In this document: positions 1 through 6,500 of the stretch, piece after piece
Position numbering within the stretch: position 1 is the first letter of the stretch
How the letters are laid out: every line of letters starts with the position of its first letter
Assembly: GCA_964558245.1 (NCBI GenBank)
Contig: CAZLEC010000001.1
Coordinates: 1-41,925, forward strand
Origin: an uncultured Burkholderiales bacterium
Lineage (GTDB): Bacteria > Actinomycetota > Acidimicrobiia > IMCC26256 > PALSA-610
Reading direction: 5' to 3'
Length of the DNA stretch: 41,925 nt
Notes under the pieces: generated by a model
The model's database searches: none
Told to the model about the DNA's origin: nothing
Seen by the model: only the letters and a program-made list of their open reading frames with translations
Translations under genes and position numbers: made by a program

Positions 1-648
1 CGACGGCACCCACTTCACGGCCGCGCCGAGGAACCCGCCCGATGCCAGCGGTCCCCACGCGCCGCCGAGGATCGCGAACAGCGACGTGGTGCCGCCCAGC
101 GCGGGGCCCATGGAGTCGACTGTGAGCAGGTGGCCGAGCACGATGCCGATCACCGCGAACGGCGCGAGCCCGACCAGCACGTAGCCCGTGAGCTCCAGCC
201 AGTGCACGGCGCTCAGGTGCACGCCCATCGAGATGCCCGCGGCGTAGAGCAACACGATCGACAGGGATGCGAGGGCGTAGCCGCTCAGGATCTTCGTCGC
301 GAAGTAGGTGCGCACCGGCAGGGGAGTGATGCGCAGTTGGCGGTGCCAGCCGACCGATCGTTCCTGGGCGATGCGCGCGCCGCCGGCGATCACCGCTGCC
401 ATCGAACCCCAACTCAACATGCCCACCATGTAGTAGGTCGCGAAGTTGATGCCGCCGAGCTTCTGGTGGCGGTTCGGACCGGCGACGAGGAAGAACAACA
501 GCAATGGGAACGCGAGCGAGAAGAGCATGAACCGCTTGTTGCGGAACGTCCGCAGCAGCTCGTAGCGCGTGTAGGTGAGGGGGCTCGGCTTCTTCGGCTT
601 CACCGGCGCGGTCGCCACGGTGCTCAGGGTCGCGGTGACTGACGTCAT
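1..648 (-). CDS. ABC-2 type transporter permease (N-terminal 216 codons; C-terminus lies beyond the window start)
   Basis: My own reverse-complement translation from ATG at 648-646 gives MTSVTATLSTVATAPVKPKKPSPLTYTRYELLRTFRNKRFMLFSLAFPLLLFFLVAGP... The frame stays open to position 1, so there is no stop in the window and the ORF track does not list it. The sequence is multi-span and hydrophobic, typical of ABC-2 permeases. Its start overlaps the stop of the upstream ATPase gene as ATGA (645-648). Confidence 0.8.
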   Translation of the reverse strand, partial: MTSVTATLSTVATAPVKPKKPSPLTYTRYELLRTFRNKRFMLFSLAFPLLLFFLVAGPNRHQKLGGINFATYYMVGMLSWGSMAAVIAGGARIAQERSVGWHRQLRITPLPVRTYFATKILSGYALASLSIVLLYAAGISMGVHLSAVHWLELTGYVLVGLAPFAVIGIVLGHLLTVDSMGPALGGTTSLFAILGGAWGPLASGGFLGAAVKWVPS

Positions 649-1655
649 TGCAGTGCCTCCTGCGTGATCAAGTTGTCGACGGGGTCGCCGGTGAGCGCGA
701 GGAACGCGGCCTCGAGGTTCGCGCCCAGCACTTCGATGTCGTGTGCGTCGGGGTACGCGGCGAGCAGCCCGCGCAACGCGGTGTCGGAGTCGGTGCAGGT
801 GAGGATCACGGCGTCGCCGTGCTGTTCGGCCGTCGCGACGCCGGCCAGCGCGCTGACCTTGTCCATCGGCGCGTTCGGGAGGGTCGCCCGGATCGACTTC
901 ATGCCCACGCGCGCTTTGATCTCGGTCGACGTACCGTCGGCCACGATCCGGCCCTGGGCCATGAGCACGATGCGGTCGGCGAACGCGTCGGCCTCTTCGA
1001 GGTAGTGCGTGGCGAAGATCACGGTCTTGCCGTCACGGGCGAAGTTGCGCATCGCCGACCAGAACGCGTGGCGGCCCTCCACGTCGAGCGCAACGGTCGG
1101 CTCGTCGAGCACGAGCAGTTCGGGATCGGCGACGATCGCGGTGGCGAACCGGACCCGTTGGGTCTGGCCCCCCGACAGCTTCTCCGTGCGCCGGTCGGCG
1201 ATGTCGGCCAGGCCGGTGAGCGCGAGGGCTTCGTCGACGCCGAGCGGGTTCGGGTAGAGCGAAGCGGTCAGCCGTACCAGCTCCCGGATGGTGAGCTGGC
1301 CGATGAGCGAGCCGGTCTGGAGCATCCCTCCGATGGCGCCCGCGGCCACCGCGTCGGTCGGATTCATCCCGAACAGCGCCACCTCGCCCCGGTCGGGTCG
1401 CGACAGGCCGAGCACCATGTCGATGGTGGTCGACTTGCCGGCCCCGTTCGGGCCGAGGATGGCGACGGTCTCGCCCGGCGCGATGTCGAGGTCGATGCCG
1501 CGAACGGCGTGGACCGGTCCGAATGACTTCTCCAGGCCGGTGAGCGAGATCCCGGCCCGCGGGGGTGAATACGTCGGCTGCATGCCTCGATCGTGCGCCT
1601 CCCCGGCGCTTCCGACCAGTCGCGGGCGTGACGAGTCGGGCATGACGAATGTCAT
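645..1655 (-). CDS. ABC transporter ATP-binding protein (ABC-2/DrrA-like exporter subunit)
   Basis: Walker A GPNGAGKST, ABC signature LSGGQTQR, Walker B LLVLDEPT and H-loop FATHYLEE are present. It is translationally coupled to the downstream permease. The start is uncertain: ATG 1655, or ATG 1583 (MQPTYSPP...). Confidence 0.92.
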   Translation of the reverse strand: MTFVMPDSSRPRLVGSAGEAHDRGMQPTYSPPRAGISLTGLEKSFGPVHAVRGIDLDIAPGETVAILGPNGAGKSTTIDMVLGLSRPDRGEVALFGMNPTDAVAAGAIGGMLQTGSLIGQLTIRELVRLTASLYPNPLGVDEALALTGLADIADRRTEKLSGGQTQRVRFATAIVADPELLVLDEPTVALDVEGRHAFWSAMRNFARDGKTVIFATHYLEEADAFADRIVLMAQGRIVADGTSTEIKARVGMKSIRATLPNAPMDKVSALAGVATAEQHGDAVILTCTDSDTALRGLLAAYPDAHDIEVLGANLEAAFLALTGDPVDNLITQEALQ

Positions 1656-1685
1656 GTATGCAGCGCGGCCGGGCCGCGCGTGCGA

Positions 1686-2030
1686 CTACGCGGTCTGTGC
1701 CACTCGGTTGGTCTCCAGTGCCGTACGCGACGAGCACGGGCTGCTCGGGTAGTGCGACGCGACCGTCACAACGTGCGTGTACGCCGCGGTGTGCATGCAT
1801 TCGGAGCTTCCGTGAACCACTTCGATGTCACCGCGAACGTGTGCGGGTTCCAGGACCACGGTCAGCTTGTGCGGGCTCCCGACCGATCCGAACGCGCTCT
1901 GGGCCACTGCGCCCAGGCCCGCGGACGCCGCGACGATCGCGAGCGCTGCGCACAGCAGGCGGCGGGTACGTCGCGGTGCCCGGCCCGATCCGGCCCCGTC
2001 GTGGTGGTTGTGCGCGGCGGCGGTGGTCAT
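1686..2030 (-). CDS. Small secreted protein of unknown function (His-rich N-terminus, twin-arginine-like signal)
   Basis: An internal ATG at 2030 within ORF 1686..2180 is preceded by GGAGGA 5 nt upstream (reverse complement of 2036-2041). The product starts MTTAAAHNHHDGAGSGRAPRRTRRLLCAALAIVAASAGLGAVAQSAFG, which reads as a charged n-region with TRRLL, a hydrophobic core and an Ala-rich cleavage region. It sits 30 nt upstream of the ABC ATPase gene on the same strand. I recognise no family. Confidence 0.55.
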   Translation of the reverse strand: MTTAAAHNHHDGAGSGRAPRRTRRLLCAALAIVAASAGLGAVAQSAFGSVGSPHKLTVVLEPAHVRGDIEVVHGSSECMHTAAYTHVVTVASHYPSSPCSSRTALETNRVAQTA

Positions 2031-2170
2031 CGTGATCCTCCGTGTCTCGGCGTCCGATCCGGTCGGATTCGCTGATCTCAGGATCCACCAAAGCCGGTGC
2101 GGCGTCCGTCGTCGACCCGACCGACGGTGTGTGTCGCCGCGCACACTCGAGCGCCCCGGCGACGCGACCG

Positions 2171-2261
2171 AGCCCGACACCCGTAGCGGATGTCGGGCCC
2201 TTCGGCGTCGGTGCTCAGTGGTGCCGATTCGATGTGATCGGGATGTGGAACGTCCGACCGG
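2171..2261. repeat. Copy A of a ~91-94 nt dispersed repeat (gene 3' end plus hairpin); partner at 9247-9340
   Basis: I aligned it by hand to 9247-9340 in the same orientation. Identical blocks are agcccgacaccc, gtagcgg, tgtcgggccc, gctcagtggtgccgattcg and cgtccgaccgg. Identity by eye is roughly 80-85 percent. Confidence 0.85.
2172..2198 (-). terminator. Stem-loop GCCCGACACCC-GTAGC-GGATGTCGGGC (11-bp stem, one mismatch), putative intrinsic terminator without a U-tract
   Basis: The inverted repeat is read directly from the sequence. It lies 17 nt past the stop (2215-2217) of the decayed minus-strand gene copy and is homologous to the hairpin at 9248-9275. Confidence 0.45.
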
Positions 2262-2552
2262 ATCGGTCGCCGTCTGGGAGAGGTGCGGGGTTCACCGGCA
2301 GTACCCGAGGGCGGTGAGCGTGCCCGGGTCGGCGAAGTTCTCAGCGGTCACGGTCCAACGGTGAGTCGTTTCGGCGGTCCAACCGAACGGCTCGACACCG
2401 GGGTAGGTCCTGTTCGTGAGAGCTCTTGCGTGGAAGCTCGCGAGCAGGCCCCCGAACACCAATGAGGTCCCCTTCGGGCAAGCAGCCGTCGCGCGTCCAC
2501 GGTGTCGGGGTCTCGGTCGTCGGCAGTACCGATGCAGTGTGCCGCCGCACAC
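2215..2552 (-). pseudogene. Truncated, frame-disrupted paralogue of the secreted-protein gene at 9294-10007
   Basis: Frame 1 (2215-2340) ends ...LPVNPAPLPDGDRSGRTFHIPITSNRHH*. The intact gene ends ...LPPLPVGQHV...GRTLQITVTPNRHH*. The similarity continues upstream only in another frame (ORF 2292..2552: ...CPKGTSLVFGG...TAENFADPGTLTALGYCR*, versus CSIPEGKWLVLTPGG...PADNILGLPAGPALTASDLY). The N-terminal ~125 codons, including the signal peptide, are absent. Confidence 0.55.
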
Positions 2553-2641
2553 ACTTCGGCCCCGTGCCCGGCCGTGCGTTCGCGGCGTCGTTCGCGGATC
2601 TTGTCGGCAGATCGGCGGTATTGCATGCGAGACTCCGACGC

Positions 2642-3289
2642 ATGGCGACGCGGCTGCTCGACTCGCTGGCCGAAGACGACCGGCGAACCGTGCTGGCCGC
2701 CGCGCGGCGGCGACGTTTCACCCGCGGCGAGGTGGTGTTCCACGACGGCGACCCCGGCGACACGTTGCACCTGATCGTGAAAGGCCACTTCGCGATCCGG
2801 ATCACCACTCCTTTGGGTGATGTCGCGACTGTGCGGGTGCTCGGCCCGGGTGAACATTTCGGTGAGCTCGCGGTGTTGGAGCCGGGCCCGCGGCGAGGGA
2901 GCGTGGTGTCGCTCGAAGCCGGCGAGACGATGAGCCTGCATCGCGACGACTTCGCCGGGCTGCGCGCAACCATGCCGGAGCTCGATCAGGTGCTGACCGC
3001 GGCGCTGGTGGTGGAGGTCCGCCGGCAGGCGTCGGCGTTGGTCGACGCGTTGTACGTTCCGGTCGAGCGGCGAGTGTGGCGACGGCTCGCCGACCTCGTC
3101 GAGCTGTACGGAGATGACTCTCCCGTTGTCATTCCGCTGACCCAGGACGACCTTGCGCAGTTGGCGGGCACGACTCGCCCGACAGCCAATCGCGTCCTGC
3201 GCACCGGTGAGGAACAGGGCGTCGTGGCACTGGCGCGGGGCCGGATCGAGGTGCTCGACCTCGCCGCGCTACAACGTCTCGCGCGCTAA
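2642..3289 (+). CDS. Crp/Fnr family transcriptional regulator (cNMP-binding domain plus C-terminal HTH)
   Basis: The start is ATG 2642 (MATRLLDSL...) within ORF 2426..3289. The cNMP-binding beta-roll motifs are FTRGEVVFHDGDPGDTLHLIVKG and GPGEHFGELAVL...RRGSVVS. The HTH reads LTQDDLAQLAGTTRPTANRVLRTGEEQGVV. Confidence 0.9.
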   Translation: MATRLLDSLAEDDRRTVLAAARRRRFTRGEVVFHDGDPGDTLHLIVKGHFAIRITTPLGDVATVRVLGPGEHFGELAVLEPGPRRGSVVSLEAGETMSLHRDDFAGLRATMPELDQVLTAALVVEVRRQASALVDALYVPVERRVWRRLADLVELYGDDSPVVIPLTQDDLAQLAGTTRPTANRVLRTGEEQGVVALARGRIEVLDLAALQRLAR

Positions 3290-3314
3290 ACCCGCGACCC
3301 TGAACGCGCGTCAC

Positions 3315-3339
3315 GCCCGACACGCACGGTGTGTCGGCC
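3315..3339 (+). terminator. Stem-loop GCCCGACAC-GCACGGT-GTGTCGGCC (7 contiguous bp plus a closing G-C), possible crp terminator or attenuator
   Basis: The inverted repeat is read directly from the sequence, 26 nt after the crp stop. It shares the GCCCGACAC arm with the hairpins at 2172 and 9248. Confidence 0.35.
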
Positions 3340-3530
3340 TCGGCACAGATCCGACACCGCGTTGATCGCACAGTGAGGGCTCGGCATGGCACGACTGCTG
3401 CGCAGCCGGGGAGGTGGGTATCGTGTCCGAGGCCCCGAAGAGAGCTCCTGGATCAGTCGCTCGGCGCCGCATCGAGGCGCCGGTGGGAACACCGCGAGGC
3501 TCGGGCCGGGCCGAGTGGGGGGAGACGCGA

Positions 3531-6500
3531 ATGGGAACCGTCACGTTCCTGTTCCTCGACGAGCCCGGCGACGGCGACGCGAGCCCCTCGCGCCGCGGTG
3601 TGTTGGCCGGCGACGTGCTGGCCGCAGTTCGCGCGTGCATCACGGCCTGGGGAGGCCACGAGCTCGATCTCACCGTCGACGGTTTGGGCGTGGTGTTCCC
3701 GAGCGCGGCCGCCGGGGTTGCGAGCGCGCGGGCGATGCAGCGCGCGGTGCGGACGCTGAATGGTGGAGGGCCGGGCGCGTTACGCGTCGGCGTGCACACG
3801 GGTGAGCCGCTGGCGATCCCCGGGGGCCGCTATTTCGGGGCGGCGGTATGGCTCGCGGCGCGGCTCCACAAGCGCGCGGCGCCGGGCCAGATCCTGGTCT
3901 CCGACACCGTGTTCGAGTTGCTCGATGCGACCGGCCGGGCTCGGTGCACGCCGGTCGGGTCGCTCGACCTGAAGGGCCTGAGCGACCGCGTCGTCGCGTT
4001 CGACGCGTCCTGGTCCGATGCCGGTATGCCGGCCGATGTCGACGTGGCCGGGCTGCGGACGGTCACCCTGATGACGGTCGACCAGGTGGGCTCGACCGCG
4101 CAGATCGACACGCTCGGCGACGAGTCGGCGCGCGCGATCCACGCCGCGTTGCTCGACGTGTTGCGCGAAGCGATCGGCGACCACGGCGGTCGAGAGGTGG
4201 AGTACACGGGTGACGGTTTGACTGCGATGTTCGATGCCGCGCTCGACGCGACGGGCTGCGCGGTCGCGATGCAGCAGGCCGCGTACCGCCATCGTTTGCG
4301 GTATCCGTCGGAGCAGGGCCTCGCGTTGCGTGTCGGGATCCAGAGCGCGGAAGCGGTCGCCGAGAATCGCGATTCTTGGACGGGCACTGCCCAACAAGCC
4401 GGCGCACTGTGCAGCGCGGCCGGCAACGGCGAGATCGTGGTGTCGCGGTTGGTGCGCGCGATCGCGGCGCCGCGCCGCATACACGTGTTCGAGCCGTTCG
4501 CCGAGGCCGAAGCGCCGGCCCGTGACGACGGCGCGCGGTTCTTGTTGCGTTGGGAACCGGAGCTCTCCGAGTTCAGCCTGCCGGCCGATCTCGTGGCGAA
4601 GCTGGGTCAGTTCGGATTCGTCGGCCGGCACGACGAGCTCGAACGGCTGGTGCGATTGTGGGCCGACGCGCGAGCGGGCGAGCCGCGCGTCGCGCTCGTG
4701 TCGGGTGGCGCGGGAATCGGGAAGTCGTCGCTCGCGGCGCACTTTGCCGAGATTGCGTGTGAAGGCGCGTCTACGATCGTGCTGTACGGCGCGTGCCGGT
4801 TGGGCCCACGCGACGACTACGAGCCGTTCGCCGACGCGCTTGCGCAGTACGTCTCGGCGACGTCGCGCGCGGATCTCCGCCGCCAAGTCGGAGCCCACGC
4901 GCCCGTGCTTGCGAGCGTGATCCCCGGCCTCGCGGCGCGCCTTCCCGACGTGCCCGGCGAGGTCGCGACCGGTGACGCCGAGGTGGCAGCAGTTGGTCGG
5001 GCGATCGAGGCGTTCGTTGCTGCGATCGCGCAGACCGCGCCGGTCCTGCTCGTGATCGACGATCTCCAGAACGCTGCTGCCTCGACACTTCGCGTGCTCC
5101 GCCAGGTGGCCACCACCGGCGGGTCGGTCGCCCTGATGGTCGTCGGTCTGTTCCGTGATCCCGTCGCGGGGCGTTCGCCGGTGCTCGACGCGCTCGGCGT
5201 CGACCCCGCGCGTCGCGACCAGACCGAGCACCTGGTGATCGAAGGTTTGTCCGACGATGACGTCGCCGTGCTCGTCGAGGCCGTCACACACGTCGCGCCG
5301 AGCGCCCTGACGCGCGACGCGATCGCCGCGCAGTCGGACGGCGTCCCGTACGCGGTGGTCGAGTCGGCCCGCTCGCAGATGGAGCAAGGCGTCACCTCGG
5401 ACCTTCGCCGCGCGATCGAGCAGGCCGACCACGCCCGGCTCGATCGCCGCGAGCTCCGTGAGGAGATCGCGCGCGGCGTCCTCGAGATCCAGCGGCTCCG
5501 CCAGCCGCTCGCCGCCCTGCCCGAGATCGCTGCCGGGAGCGTCGACCGCGACGGCACCCCACCCGCGCCCGGACCGTGTCCCTACCGCGGGCTGGAATCG
5601 TTCAAGGCCGGCGATGTGGAATGGTTCTTCGGGCGCGAGCAGCTCGTCGCCGAGCTCGTCGCGCATGTCGCGGGTTCGAAGCTCGTCGGCGTGATCGGCG
5701 CGTCGGGAAGTGGGAAGTCGTCGCTCGTGCGCGCCGGTCTGGTGCCCGCGCTCGACTCCGGCGCGCTGCCCGGCGCGGAGCAGTGGTTGAGCCTGGTCAT
5801 GACGCCGACCGCGCGGCCGCGGCAATCGCTCGCACTCGCGTGCGCAGCATCCGGCCGGATCAGCGGCGAGGCGGCACGCGACTTGCTCGAAGGCAGCGAG
5901 CTCGCACCACTGGTCGAGCGGCTCGTCGGGAGTGCCGGCGAGCGGGTCGTGCTGGTCGTCGACCAATGCGAAGAGCTCTTCATCGCCGCGTCCGAAGAAG
6001 AACGCGAACGGTTCGTCGACATGATCGTCGGCGCCGCCGCCGATCCCGGCGTTCCGATCACGCTGATCCTGGTGTTGCGCGCCGACTTCTACGGTGCGTG
6101 TGCCCAATATCCCGGCCTCGCCGATCGTCTCGAAGACAGTCAGGTGCTCGTCGGCGCGATGAGCGCCGACGAGATCCGCCGCACCATCGAGCTGCCCGCG
6201 CGTCACGCCGGGCTCGTGCTCGAATCCGGGTTCGCCGACGCCGTCATCGCCGATGTGAGCGGCGAGCCCGGCGGACTGCCGCTGTTGTCGACCGCGCTGC
6301 TCGAAACGTGGGCACGGCGGCGCGGGCGCAGCCTCACCCTGGCCGCGTACGCGGAGACCGGCGGGGTGCGCAGCGCCGTCGCGCGGCTCGCCGACAGCGT
6401 GTACGACGGGTTGGATCCTGCCGATCGCGATATCGCCCGGCGCATGCTGTTGCGTCTCGCGCGGCCCGGGAGCGACGACACCGTCGGCGACGTGCGCCGG

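Noticed and set aside
130-642. 170-aa plus-strand ORF at the window start
   Set aside because: It is antisense to the ABC-2 permease frame, which is translationally coupled to the ATPase. The composition is shadow-type.
3414-3530. N-terminal 39-codon extension of the giant ORF, as given by the ORF track start
   Set aside because: ATG 3531 has a strong GGGGGGAG 6 nt upstream, and the cyclase-homology domain begins right after it (MGTVTFLFLD). The extension is Arg/Pro-rich with no RBS.
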